64,000 nt of DNA from a virus (Duplodnaviria; Caudoviricetes): positions 4,638 through 68,637 of IMG/VR virus record IMGVR_UViG_3300020577_009873, one strand, 5' to 3'. Under the pieces are notes generated by a model. That model worked only from the letters and a program-made list of their open reading frames with translations, made no database searches and was not told the DNA's origin. Below, piece by piece: positions 19,384 through 29,562 of the stretch. The position numbers and the translations under genes were made by a program. The number at the start of each line of letters is the position of its first letter. The first letter of the stretch is position 1.

Positions 19384-21591
19384 TTATAATTTTTCCATAA
19401 ATACTGAATCCTCGCTCTTAAATAAATAGTTCTGGTAAGCATCTTCTGCTAAAAAGGAACACATTGGAGCCAGAGCCTTCATAAATCTTTCTAAAGCAAA
19501 TTTCATTACATATTGACATCTTTGTCTTTCAGGTGAGTGTAAATCATATTCATATAAATAAGATTTTGTAGGAACGTCTAAATATTGACTAGAGAATTCG
19601 GTCACCCAAGCCATAAGTTCCTCAAAAACCTTTCTGAAATTCATTTCAGAGTAATTATTTTTAACTCTACTATACATCAACTCACATCTTTCAAGTGCGA
19701 GCAGTTCTTTTTCACCCATTTCACACTGTAAATTGTCAAATCCATACATATTTCCAAGTAAATATTTTAACGTATTTCTGAACTTAAAGTAATATTCACC
19801 ACAACTTTTCAAAACATTTTCACCTAACTGAACATCATCAGCATATGTAACAACAGATGCCCATAATCTCATAACATCACTATTGTGTTTTAATTGCATT
19901 TCTTTAGGATCTACTACATTACCAACTGATTTTGCCATTTTTCTACCGTTTCCATCTAATACAAATCCATGTGATACTAGCTTTTTATATGGTGATTTAC
20001 CGTTCATGGCAACAGATGTTAGCAAAGATGATTGAAACCACCCACGAGTTTGATCTGAACCTTCAAAGTAAACATCAGACTGACCACCAACAACTGAATA
20101 CCAACTAACACCAGAATCAAACCATACATCTAAAGTATGTTCGCATTTAACTAGGCCAAGTCCTTGAAATTCAGTTGGTAATAAATCTTCCTCTGTTCTA
20201 TCAAACCACACATTTGAGCCATGATTTTTGAATAGTGTAACTAAGTGCTTTTCCAAATCTTTATTTAGAAATGGCTTACCATCTTTCATAAAAACTGCCA
20301 ACGGAAATCCCCATTTTCTTTGTCTTGATAAGCACCACCTGTCTCTCGATTTTAGTGTACTTGTTAATCTATTTTTCCATCTTTCTTCTGAAAAGGTAAC
20401 ATCATTCAAAGCAAGTAAAGCTTTTTCTTTTAGTTCAGACAAATTCAAAAAGAACTGCTCAGTCAATTTAAAGTAAACAGGTCCTCCTGTTCTCCAATCA
20501 TGTGGGTAGGAATGTTCATAATATTCAGATTTAAATAGCATATCACCCATTTGAGATACAACCCACTCTGATCCAGCATCTAAGCAAAATAGACCATTTG
20601 ATAATTTACCAGCAGGATCAGTTAAGTCTAATCCGGTTAATCCATTCTTTTTGCATACCTCAAAATCATCCTCACCATGTGCGGGACAAAGATGAACTAA
20701 TCCGGTTCCACTATCTAATTTTACAAATTTATCACAAACTACGAAACCACCACTTCCAAGTTTGTTGCTATATTTTAATCCTTTAAGTGATTTTCCCTTA
20801 TATTTATTAACAACTTCACCATTTAAAAGATGCATTCTTGATTCTGCAACAACATAGGTTTTATCTCCTAATTTTACATCAACATAGTCTCCACTTTTAT
20901 TAACACATACAGCAACATTACCCAATACTGTCCATGGTTGTGTTGTCCATAAAAATAGCTTTCTTCCATCTTCTAAATCAAATGTAAAATAAGCAGATAG
21001 ATCTTTCCTGTTCTTATATTCTAATTCAGCTTCAGCTAATACGGTTCTTGATGATGGTGAGTAGTAAACAGGTCTGCTATCAAGATATAATAAGGAACTA
21101 TTTAGAAAATTATATAATACTTCTAATTGTTTATATTCATAGTTTTTATCCATTGTTAAATAAGGATTATCCCATTCTGCTAAAACCCCAAATGATTTAA
21201 ATGTTTCGTTTTGTTTTTCAGAATATGTTTGTGCCCATTCCTCACATTTATTTCTAAGTTCGGTAGTATTTAATCTACCATATTTTTTTTGTACGGCTAA
21301 TTCGGTTGGTAATCCATGACAATCAGATCCAGGCCTAAATCTCACTTTATCACCCTTCATAAGATGATACTTAACTGTCATGTCTTTTAGTACTTTATTT
21401 AAAAGGTGACCAACATGCACATCACCATTTGCATATGGTGGACCATCATGTAATGTAAAAAGTTCACCTTCATTTCTTTCGTTTCTATTTTTGAGAACAT
21501 CTTTCCATAATTTTAAAAGTTCAGGTTCTCTTTGTTGTGAATTCGATCTTTGTGTGAATTCTGTTTTCGGCATATTTAATGTCTTACTCAT
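19384..21591 (-). CDS. ileS: isoleucyl-tRNA synthetase, C-terminally shortened
   Basis: LHDGPPYANG, HVGH, WTTQPWT, WCLSRQRKWG, EGSDQTRGWF, KMAKS; start MSKTLNMPK lies downstream of the terminator. Confidence 0.95.
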   Translation of the reverse strand: MSKTLNMPKTEFTQRSNSQQREPELLKLWKDVLKNRNERNEGELFTLHDGPPYANGDVHVGHLLNKVLKDMTVKYHLMKGDKVRFRPGSDCHGLPTELAVQKKYGRLNTTELRNKCEEWAQTYSEKQNETFKSFGVLAEWDNPYLTMDKNYEYKQLEVLYNFLNSSLLYLDSRPVYYSPSSRTVLAEAELEYKNRKDLSAYFTFDLEDGRKLFLWTTQPWTVLGNVAVCVNKSGDYVDVKLGDKTYVVAESRMHLLNGEVVNKYKGKSLKGLKYSNKLGSGGFVVCDKFVKLDSGTGLVHLCPAHGEDDFEVCKKNGLTGLDLTDPAGKLSNGLFCLDAGSEWVVSQMGDMLFKSEYYEHSYPHDWRTGGPVYFKLTEQFFLNLSELKEKALLALNDVTFSEERWKNRLTSTLKSRDRWCLSRQRKWGFPLAVFMKDGKPFLNKDLEKHLVTLFKNHGSNVWFDRTEEDLLPTEFQGLGLVKCEHTLDVWFDSGVSWYSVVGGQSDVYFEGSDQTRGWFQSSLLTSVAMNGKSPYKKLVSHGFVLDGNGRKMAKSVGNVVDPKEMQLKHNSDVMRLWASVVTYADDVQLGENVLKSCGEYYFKFRNTLKYLLGNMYGFDNLQCEMGEKELLALERCELMYSRVKNNYSEMNFRKVFEELMAWVTEFSSQYLDVPTKSYLYEYDLHSPERQRCQYVMKFALERFMKALAPMCSFLAEDAYQNYLFKSEDSVFMEKL

Positions 21592-21617
21592 ATTATTTTT
21601 GTTAATTTTTTGAAAAT

Positions 21618-21648
21618 AAAAAAACCCCAAGAAAAATTCCTTGGGGTT
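21618..21648 (-). terminator. ileS attenuator terminator
   Basis: minus strand AACCCCAAG-GAATTTTT-CTTGGGGTT followed by T-tract. Confidence 0.9.
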
Positions 21649-21670
21649 CAATTTTGATAATAGTTATCCA

Positions 21671-21736
21671 TTATCCAATTGGCTTTAGCCAAGGAATCGT
21701 ATAATGAATAATTATAATATTTTTGTGATTAAACAT
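21671..21736 (-). CDS. Ile leader peptide MFNHKNIIIIHYTIPWLKPIG
   Basis: four tandem Ile codons; ATTCCTTGG complementary to terminator arm CCAAGGAAT. Confidence 0.9.
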   Translation of the reverse strand: MFNHKNIIIIHYTIPWLKPIG

Positions 21737-21769
21737 AATGTTTATAGTTTTTTTATCTTTATTGTTTTA

Positions 21770-21777
21770 CAAATATA
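21770..21777 (-). promoter_or_regulatory. Bacteroidota -7 promoter box for the Ile leader
   Basis: TATATTTG on the minus strand. Confidence 0.65.
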
Positions 21778-21801
21778 TGAAAATAAATTGAAAACAAAAA
21801 A

Positions 21802-22788
21802 TTATCTTGCATAATGTCGAATTATACCCCTTCTTAAAATTTCTGCACCTTTTTTAATTCTTTTGTCAATGTATTTGAAAAATCCATCAACCGATAAGCT
21901 TTTAATTAATTCTGGATCAATTGAGGTGTCGGGTCCATTTTCTTCTGAATCTAAAAACTTTGTAATATTATCTGCTAGTCCATTTTTCATTTCTGTTAAA
22001 ACCTCTTCTGGATTCCTATCTGGCATTGACTTCTTAATTTCATCAACTAAAGTTTGCTTAAATGATACAGGATCAAATGATGATAATCTCTGATAAAAAT
22101 CCCAACTTGGTGTTTTCTCTTTCATTTCATCAAATGAGTATTTCTTAGTATATGGGTAAGCGTCTTGAGTCATGGCATTCAATTCATGTCTTTCCGTCCA
22201 ATAGATATAATATCCAAACTCTTTCCACCATATATTCCACACACTATCTGGAACATCCGCAGCATTAACATCGAGTGCGTAGGTAACTGAAGTTGGTATA
22301 ACTGGCTTACCTCTTTTATACCTATTATATCCCTCAAAAGAGTGGTTTAGTTCATGTACTAATCCGGATTCTAATTCAATTTCTAATCCATCAATATCAT
22401 CAAATTTATCCTCATTTATAATACCACCGACTTCAATTTTTAAAAGTGATTTTCCATCCTCTGTTTCCTCAAAATCTTCACAAGCTCCAGTGGTTGTAAA
22501 ATGTTTTCCTCTTGAACTTATTGTAGGAAATTTATTAGTAAACTCTTCATTAGAAATTTTGTCAAATGTAACTAAAAGTTCAATTTTTGTAATTGGGTAT
22601 TTATCTGTTACGGCTGATGCAATTTCTTCTTCAAATTCTAATTTTTCCTCAAATTTTGATACATCTTTGGAATAAAAGTCTTGGAATTTTTCCTTGACAT
22701 ATTTCATTAATATATCACTATACTTCAATGTTTCTTCCGAAACACCAAGTTTTTCGAGTATAAAATCTTGGAATTTAAAAATTTTCAT
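21802..22788 (-). CDS. HExxH putative metallopeptidase with N-terminal MKIFKFQDFILE tag
   Basis: LVHELNH and a downstream ELNA. Confidence 0.65.
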   Translation of the reverse strand: MKIFKFQDFILEKLGVSEETLKYSDILMKYVKEKFQDFYSKDVSKFEEKLEFEEEIASAVTDKYPITKIELLVTFDKISNEEFTNKFPTISSRGKHFTTTGACEDFEETEDGKSLLKIEVGGIINEDKFDDIDGLEIELESGLVHELNHSFEGYNRYKRGKPVIPTSVTYALDVNAADVPDSVWNIWWKEFGYYIYWTERHELNAMTQDAYPYTKKYSFDEMKEKTPSWDFYQRLSSFDPVSFKQTLVDEIKKSMPDRNPEEVLTEMKNGLADNITKFLDSEENGPDTSIDPELIKSLSVDGFFKYIDKRIKKGAEILRRGIIRHYAR

Positions 22789-22818
22789 ATATTATATATT
22801 AATATATAATATTCTAAA

Positions 22819-23361
22819 ATGAAATATATTAAAACATATGAAGACCATGAAGATTTACTTAATTCACTTAAAAAATTAAGTGATCAAATGAGTAGATTAA
22901 AAATCTTAACAAAGATGGATATTCGTCATAAAACTCCGAAAGAGATATATGAAGATTTCTTCTTAGAATTTAAAGAATCAGAAGGATTCAAAATAGAGAT
23001 TCACGGACGTAGCAACAACGGCATAGGTCCTATAAGCGTTGACTTATATAATATGATCGATAAAGATATTATAGAATCTGAATTTTATAGATATGTTGAT
23101 AAATTGAAGTCAATTAAAAGTAGGTTAGAAAATTATATGAATTTTGATTGTCATTTTACGATATCATTAAATGGTAAAGAACAAAATGTACAAGTAGGAT
23201 ATGACCGAAGAAATGATGAATTTAAATTTTCAGGACTAGGTGATAAAAAAAGCGGATATGATGGAAATGGACAATATTATACAAATATCAATGGTATCGC
23301 TGGATCTAAAAATTTTCCAGATGATAAAGTTTCTATGATAATAAAATTTTATATCATTTAA
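22819..23361 (+). CDS. hypothetical protein with N-terminal MKYIKTYE tag
   Basis: AATATATA upstream. Confidence 0.75.
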   Translation: MKYIKTYEDHEDLLNSLKKLSDQMSRLKILTKMDIRHKTPKEIYEDFFLEFKESEGFKIEIHGRSNNGIGPISVDLYNMIDKDIIESEFYRYVDKLKSIKSRLENYMNFDCHFTISLNGKEQNVQVGYDRRNDEFKFSGLGDKKSGYDGNGQYYTNINGIAGSKNFPDDKVSMIIKFYII

Positions 23362-24200
23362 ATTTTCTCACCCTTTGTCTCATCATAGTATCTCCATGTA
23401 AATCCTTTAACAATTATAAATTTTCCATTTTTCTTATTTAATTTTCTCCTGCAACAAGAAATTAAATTAGATTTACCAATATCATTGTTAGATGATGCTT
23501 CTCTAATAGAATCATATATTTGTAGTAATCTACCATTCAAATCATATTTACAAACTTTTCTACTATTAGCCTGTATATTTTTGTTATATGGGACATAATC
23601 AAATTTGTCTCCCTTGTATCTAAATGTTGTTGATGTTATATCATCTTCCTTTCTCCAAAAATGTTTACCACCAACAGTATAGTATGATTTTTTTTTACAA
23701 CACAATGATATTAGATATATATGATTTCCTGATTTTCTACTAGCATCTATCAAAGATTCATATTCATTTAAAATATTTCCATTTAGGTCATATTCTATAA
23801 CAGGAGTCATATATTTATATTTGGAATCATGTATTTTCTTTTTTGATGAATCTTTATGTTTTCTGCCATTCCAGTCAACACCAAATTCACCACCTTCGCT
23901 AAGGTTTGTTAGTCGAAATCCATCATCTTTAAATTTCCTAACCCAATATATTTCTAATTCATTTACATTTGATGAATCACATTCCTGAATAATGTTCATT
24001 ATTGGTTTTTCTCCAACTTTCAAAAGTGATTTTATCCAATTAGATTTATGTGTATTTTTATCATATTTTTCTAGATAACACTTTTGTAAATGCCGTTTAT
24101 ATCTATTTTTTGGATTATTAGTTTTCCCAATATATCTAACTTCATTGGTAATTGGATCTGAAAGTGAATAAATAAATTGTTTCTTTAATATTTTTTCCAT
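23358..24200 (-). mobile_element. GIY-YIG homing endonuclease with NUMOD1 repeats
   Basis: FIYSL...RYIGKT; two YDLNG...Y.S..EAS modules. Confidence 0.85.
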
Positions 24201-24256
24201 AATTTTGTTTTTGATATTTTATATATATATTATATAAATAAACTAGATACTCCTAT

Positions 24257-25876
24257 ATGAAATACATTAAAAAACGAAATAGTTTCTTAAAAGAAAGTAA
24301 GACTATGAAAGATGATGCTCTACACATCTTGGCAACACATGATGACAACCAATCCTCTGATATTAAAGAGGTTTTAGATGACCTAGATAAAACAAAAGTT
24401 TCCTCTAGGGTTATTACCAGGTTTGCCCCTTCTCCAACTGGAAAACTTCACATTGGGGGAATACGCACTGCATTATATAACTATCTATTTGCTAAAAAGC
24501 ACAATGGTATATTTTATGTTCGTATAGAAGATACTGATCAAAAAAGATTCGACTCTGAAGCAGAAGATTATATTAAGAACGCGTTAGAATGGGTTGGTAT
24601 TGAAACAGATTGGGATCCATGGAAGGGGGGTCCAAATGGTCCTTATCGCCAATCCGAAAGGGATTATACTGGACACATCAAAACTCTATTGGATGCTGGT
24701 CATGCTTATTATGCTTTTGATACTGAACAAGATTTAAATTTAGTAAGAAAGGATAATCAAAACTTTGCCTATGATGTAAAGTCAAGAATGAATATGAAAA
24801 ACTCTCTTTCTTTATCAAAAGAAGAAGTTGATAAATTACTTGAAAATAAAGCACCATATGTAATTAGATTTAAGGTTCCTGAAAACAAAACTATTAAATT
24901 TACTGATATCGTTAGAGGTGATGTTTCTTTTAATAGTGCTCAAGTTGATGATAAGGTATTAGTTAAATCAAATGGTATTCCTACTTATCATATGGCATCC
25001 GTATGTGATGATCATGATATGGGAACAACACACGTTATTAGAGGTGAAGAGTGGCTACCGTCTGCCCCATTACATGTCATGTTATATGAAGCATTTGGTT
25101 GGGATGCCCCGCAATTTGCTCACTTACCTTCAATTCTTAAGCCAGATGGTAAAGGAAAACTTTCAAAAAGGGATGGACTCAAATTAGGTATTCCAGTATT
25201 TCCATTTGGTGGAGAGGGAGTAGATGATAAAGGAAATACCGTTAAATATAAAGGATTTAAAGACGAAGGATTTGAACCAGACGCACTTGTAAACTTCTTA
25301 TTGTTATTAGGATGGGCACCAAGTGATGGTAAAGAAATTTATAATTTAGCTGAAATGATTTCTGACTTCTCTCTTGATAGAGTTCATAAAGCAGGAGCTA
25401 GATTTGATATGGATAAAGCAAAGTGGTTTAATAGTGGATATCTTCAAAATAAATCAGATGCTGAATTATTAAGTCATATTGATATGGGTAACACCTATAA
25501 ATATGATGATGATAAATTATCAATGATTGTTGATTTGTGTAAAAAGAGAAGCACTTTTAAAACTGATATGCAGGTTGTTGCTGATATCTTCTTTAAACCA
25601 GTAATTCTTGGAGAAAAGGAATTAAAAAGCTTATCAGAAGACTATAAAAAAGTTTTTGTAGACTTTGTTGAAAAAGCATCATCAATTGATTGGGAAATGG
25701 AAAAGGTTAAACAATTAATTTTTGATATCTGTGCAGAAAAAGGAATTAAAATGGGTAAAGTAATGCCGTCATTAAGAATGTCTGTTACGGGTGGTGTCCC
25801 AGGACCAGATTTAATGACCACAATGTTTATTTTAGGAAAAGAAGAAAGCCTAAAAAGAATTAAAAATTCTTTATAA
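24257..25876 (+). CDS. gltX: glutamyl-tRNA synthetase with ~50-aa N-terminal extension
   Basis: TRFAPSPTG, HIGG, RIEDTD, YRQSER, HVIRGEEW, KLSKR. Confidence 0.95.
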   Translation: MKYIKKRNSFLKESKTMKDDALHILATHDDNQSSDIKEVLDDLDKTKVSSRVITRFAPSPTGKLHIGGIRTALYNYLFAKKHNGIFYVRIEDTDQKRFDSEAEDYIKNALEWVGIETDWDPWKGGPNGPYRQSERDYTGHIKTLLDAGHAYYAFDTEQDLNLVRKDNQNFAYDVKSRMNMKNSLSLSKEEVDKLLENKAPYVIRFKVPENKTIKFTDIVRGDVSFNSAQVDDKVLVKSNGIPTYHMASVCDDHDMGTTHVIRGEEWLPSAPLHVMLYEAFGWDAPQFAHLPSILKPDGKGKLSKRDGLKLGIPVFPFGGEGVDDKGNTVKYKGFKDEGFEPDALVNFLLLLGWAPSDGKEIYNLAEMISDFSLDRVHKAGARFDMDKAKWFNSGYLQNKSDAELLSHIDMGNTYKYDDDKLSMIVDLCKKRSTFKTDMQVVADIFFKPVILGEKELKSLSEDYKKVFVDFVEKASSIDWEMEKVKQLIFDICAEKGIKMGKVMPSLRMSVTGGVPGPDLMTTMFILGKEESLKRIKNSL

Positions 25877-25887
25877 AAAATAGGATA

Positions 25888-26229
25888 ATGATGAATATTA
25901 GAAAATTTAATGAAATGGATACATTCAATATTACATTCTCTTCTAAAGAAGAATTTATAAAATTTTGGAGTGATAGATGGAAAGGAACTAATGCGGAAAA
26001 GTTTCCAAAAGAATTTATAGAAACTTTTGAGACACAATTTGATTATTCGGAATGGGAAAAAGAAAATTATAATTATGGAAGCGAATTTGATGCGGATAGT
26101 GAGATCGAAAATATTGACTCTGAATTTGGAATTGCAATAGGAGACGACGAAGACTGTGATATATCCTCTGATGAGTGGGTTGATTTTTATAACAGTTGTT
26201 GGACATGGTTAAAAAATAATAAAAAATAA
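25888..26229 (+). CDS. acidic hypothetical protein with N-terminal MNIRKFNE tag
   Basis: ORF with shared N-terminal motif. Confidence 0.75.
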   Translation: MMNIRKFNEMDTFNITFSSKEEFIKFWSDRWKGTNAEKFPKEFIETFETQFDYSEWEKENYNYGSEFDADSEIENIDSEFGIAIGDDEDCDISSDEWVDFYNSCWTWLKNNKK

Positions 26230-27023
26230 TGAAATATTTAGAAAGTTATGATGGGTATGGTGAACTTAACGTCGTTTGTGATGAATCTTGTTACTCATTA
26301 GCGAGCACATACCTAAATAAGTTAGATAAAAAATCAACTATATCTAGTAAAGAAGGTAATTCATCTGTTATATCTGCGATTAAAACTCTTATATCAAAAG
26401 GATCTAACAATATTTTAGTTATATTAGATGATAGGGGAGAATTAAAAGATCAAATGGATGAAAGACTTGATTTTTTAAGAGGTTTTATGGGTGAGCGGGA
26501 TTATAAAAAACTCGATGTAAAAATGGTATCTGAATTAAAGATAAGTGAGAGTAAATTATATGAAGAAGCAACATTTAAAAAGTCAGATTTTAATATTTAT
26601 AAAATCAGAGTTTATGCTGATGGTATTGATGTTGTTAAAAGTAAATTTGATGGAGATCCAATTCAACATAATGAAAGAGCTAAGGAATATGTAGACTTTT
26701 TTGGAAAAATGGTTGAAAAAGTAACTGGACAATCAATGAGATATTATTATAACAAATATATGTTCTTTGCAAAAGAATCGGTTGTTGAGTTGTTAAAGGC
26801 TGATTATGATATTCGAGTAGTAGAAGGAGAAGAATATAATTGGTGGTTTGTACCTAAAGAAAATAAAGAAGTATCAGATTGGATAGAAAAAAATTGCAAA
26901 CTACCATTCAGAAAAGCTTTAAGAAGTCCTAATTTCGCTTCTTTAGATAGTGATAGTAGTGATTATTGGAGAAAAAAGGCTGAAGAACTTACAAAGGATT
27001 ATAAAATGAAAAATAATTTATAG
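26229..27023 (+). CDS. hypothetical protein
   Basis: ORF starting MKYLESYD. Confidence 0.75.
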   Translation: MKYLESYDGYGELNVVCDESCYSLASTYLNKLDKKSTISSKEGNSSVISAIKTLISKGSNNILVILDDRGELKDQMDERLDFLRGFMGERDYKKLDVKMVSELKISESKLYEEATFKKSDFNIYKIRVYADGIDVVKSKFDGDPIQHNERAKEYVDFFGKMVEKVTGQSMRYYYNKYMFFAKESVVELLKADYDIRVVEGEEYNWWFVPKENKEVSDWIEKNCKLPFRKALRSPNFASLDSDSSDYWRKKAEELTKDYKMKNNL

Positions 27024-27197
27024 GAAGAAGTAAAACATTCAAAAAAAATTCACCCAAAAGCTTTTAAGGAGTGAGGAAAAAGAGTTAAGATTAGATTTAA
27101 ACTTAATATGGCATGTTTATGAGGATGAGATTACTGATGCAGAAAATTTTTCGGTAATAACAAGATGGTAAAAATAAACTATTTATAAAAAATTTCG

Positions 27198-27205
27198 TAT
27201 ATTTG
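27198..27205 (+). promoter_or_regulatory. Bacteroidota -7 promoter box for the Val leader
   Basis: CG-TATATTTG-T, 4 nt before the leader ATG. Confidence 0.75.
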
Positions 27206-27209
27206 TAAT

Positions 27210-27263
27210 ATGAATATCAATTTAAATATCGTCGTGGTATCAACATCTGTCCGATGTTGGTAA
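27210..27263 (+). CDS. Val leader peptide MNINLNIVVVSTSVRCW
   Basis: GTC GTG GTA tandem plus GTC; GATGTTGG pairs with CAACATC (27241) or with terminator arm CCAACATC. Confidence 0.9.
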   Translation: MNINLNIVVVSTSVRCW

Positions 27264-27284
27264 TTTTTACGCCTAAAATTATAC

Positions 27285-27318
27285 AAACCCCAACATCAAA
27301 AAATGTTGGGGTTTTTTT
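27285..27318 (+). terminator. valS attenuator terminator
   Basis: AAACCCCAACAT-loop-ATGTTGGGGTTT followed by TTTT. Confidence 0.9.
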
Positions 27319-27379
27319 ATTTCAAAAAATAAAAAAACCACCACTGACTAATAGTGGAAATTAAAAAATTAATATATAA

Positions 27380-28192
27380 ATGAAAAAAATAGAAATGATA
27401 ATTTACGGACTATTCTCCTCAGAGTCACCATCTGATATTAGATATATTGGAAAGGCAACCAATATTAAAGACAGACTAAGAAGACATCTATCAAAGTATA
27501 GTTTGAAGAACGATACATATAAAAACAGATGGATAAAATCTGAAATAAATAAAGGAAATAAAATAGAAATTGCAATCATAGAAGAGGTTAGTGAAAGCAA
27601 TTGGGAAAAAGCAGAAATTTTTTGGATATCCGAATTTAGAAAACTAGGGTATAACTTAACAAATTCGACTATTGGTGGAGATGGAATAGTTCCAACGAAT
27701 GAAATTATAAATAAAAGGGGTAAAACCAAAATTACAAACAATTTAAAAAATAAATCGGAATTAATTGAAAAGTTCAATATAAGAGAAATAAATAACATGT
27801 GGGTTGGTGAGAGGGTCTGCCCAAAATGTGGTAAAATAATCAGATATGAATTATCAAATATTAATAAACTAATATCTCTTTGTAAAAAATCTATTGATAG
27901 GAAATGTTTATCTTGTAGTAGTACAGACAAAACACCATTTAGAAATCATAAGTGGTCTACAAAAGGAATGAAATATAAAACCAATAACAGCAAATTAATT
28001 AGAGAAAAATATGGTAAAAAAATACAACAATTTGATAAAGATGGAAATTTAATTGATGAATTTAATTCCATTAGAGAAGCAAATTCAATTACAAAAATTG
28101 ATAGAAAAAGTATATCACAATGTATTAAAGGAACCAGAATAACAGCTGGAGGATACATTTTCAAACAAAAAATGAATAATTATGAAAAATAA
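27380..28192 (+). mobile_element. GIY-YIG homing endonuclease with NUMOD1
   Basis: IIYGL...RYIGKA, NLTNSTIGGDG, FNSIREA...TAGGYIF. Confidence 0.85.
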
Positions 28193-29525
28193 ATTTTTAA
28201 TAGATACTCCCCCACCAACAATTAGCGGAAGTCAAGGACTTCATATCGGACATATATTTTCCTATACACAAGGTGATTTAATTGCAAAATATAAAAGATT
28301 TATTGGCAATGATATTATCTACCCGTTTGGGATAGACAATAATGGCATACCTACCCAAAAAAGCGCATCTAACAAGGGAATAAAAGGAACGAAAGAAATA
28401 ATTGACTTCTCACTTAAAAGGGGAGAAGATTACAAATCAACATTTAAAATGTGCGGCATTACTTTTGAAAATGGACAAGATTATCATACCTATAATAATC
28501 TTTCACTAGATATTTGCTATCAAGCATTTGAAATTTTAAAGAAAAAGGGAATTGCCTATAAGGCAAACACAGAATATCTGTGGTCTGAAAAATTAAAAAC
28601 TTCTATTTCACAATCTGAATTAAATGAAGAAGGATTGATTGAAAGAACTGGAGAAACTCCAATTATTAAAAGTGGTGAGGGGTGGTTTATTAATTTAAAA
28701 GATCATTTGCCACAGATAAAAGAAATGATAGATAAAATAGAATGGAAACCAATTAAATTCAAGAAAAGAATTGATGATTGGATTGAAAATATAAAATGGG
28801 ATTGGTCAATCTCAAGAGAAAGAAATTTTGGAATTCAAATTCCTGGTGAAGAAACATTTACCTTTGATACTTGGTTCATTTCATCACTATCTCCGCAAAT
28901 TGCTTGGTCGTCATATAAAGGATATAATGATATGCTGAATTGTCCAATATTTGATATGAGATTTCAATCACATGATATTATTAGAACTTGGGCATTTTAT
29001 ACAATTGCTATGTCCTATTTTATTAATGGTCAAATTCCTTGGAAAACAATTATGATAACAGGTCATACTTTAGATGGAAATGGGGATAAATTTAGTAAAT
29101 CAAGTGGTAATGCAACTCCGCCAAAGCCATTAATTGATAAGTATGGTATATCAGGAATTAGATATTGGGCTTTTTCTAGTACGTTAGGAACCGATACTAA
29201 GATTGATGAGAATAAGATGAAAATAGGCTGGAGAATTATTAATAAATTAAAAAATGCTGAAAAGTTTATTAATATGCAAATAGAAAATAATTGGATTGGT
29301 GAGAAAGAGGAGTATTATTCTAAGTGGTTAGAACAAAAGAATATGATATTTGAATATTTAGAAGAATATGAAATTGATAAAGCAAATGGTGCTTTATATG
29401 AATTTTTCTGGGACACATTTTGTTCTACTTGGATTGAGGAGTCTAAAAAAGAATCAATATCATTAACATTAATTAAAATACTTAATGAAATAAAAGGTAT
29501 TATAAATTTCATTTATATAAAATAA
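28182..29525 (+). CDS. valS: minimal valyl-tRNA synthetase
   Basis: DTPPPTISG, HIGH, DWSISRER, FDTWF, DIIRTW, KFSKS; Val leader upstream. Confidence 0.85.
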   Translation: MKNKFLIDTPPPTISGSQGLHIGHIFSYTQGDLIAKYKRFIGNDIIYPFGIDNNGIPTQKSASNKGIKGTKEIIDFSLKRGEDYKSTFKMCGITFENGQDYHTYNNLSLDICYQAFEILKKKGIAYKANTEYLWSEKLKTSISQSELNEEGLIERTGETPIIKSGEGWFINLKDHLPQIKEMIDKIEWKPIKFKKRIDDWIENIKWDWSISRERNFGIQIPGEETFTFDTWFISSLSPQIAWSSYKGYNDMLNCPIFDMRFQSHDIIRTWAFYTIAMSYFINGQIPWKTIMITGHTLDGNGDKFSKSSGNATPPKPLIDKYGISGIRYWAFSSTLGTDTKIDENKMKIGWRIINKLKNAEKFINMQIENNWIGEKEEYYSKWLEQKNMIFEYLEEYEIDKANGALYEFFWDTFCSTWIEESKKESISLTLIKILNEIKGIINFIYIK

Positions 29526-29558
29526 AAAAACCCTCAAATTAATTTGAGGGTTTTTTTA
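29524..29558. terminator. bidirectional terminator
   Basis: A-tract, CCCTCAAAT/ATTTGAGGG, T-tract between convergent genes. Confidence 0.85.
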
Positions 29559-29562
29559 ATTC

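Noticed and set aside
21592-21651. N-terminal extension MNPKEFFLGFF of IleRS
   Set aside because: It runs through the attenuator terminator; the real start is 21591.
21600-21760. T-box riboswitches before the synthetases
   Set aside because: No T-box consensus or stem I visible; leader-peptide attenuation explains the structures.
24201-24256. Glu leader peptide before gltX
   Set aside because: Only 56 nt of AT-rich spacer, with no short ORF or terminator.
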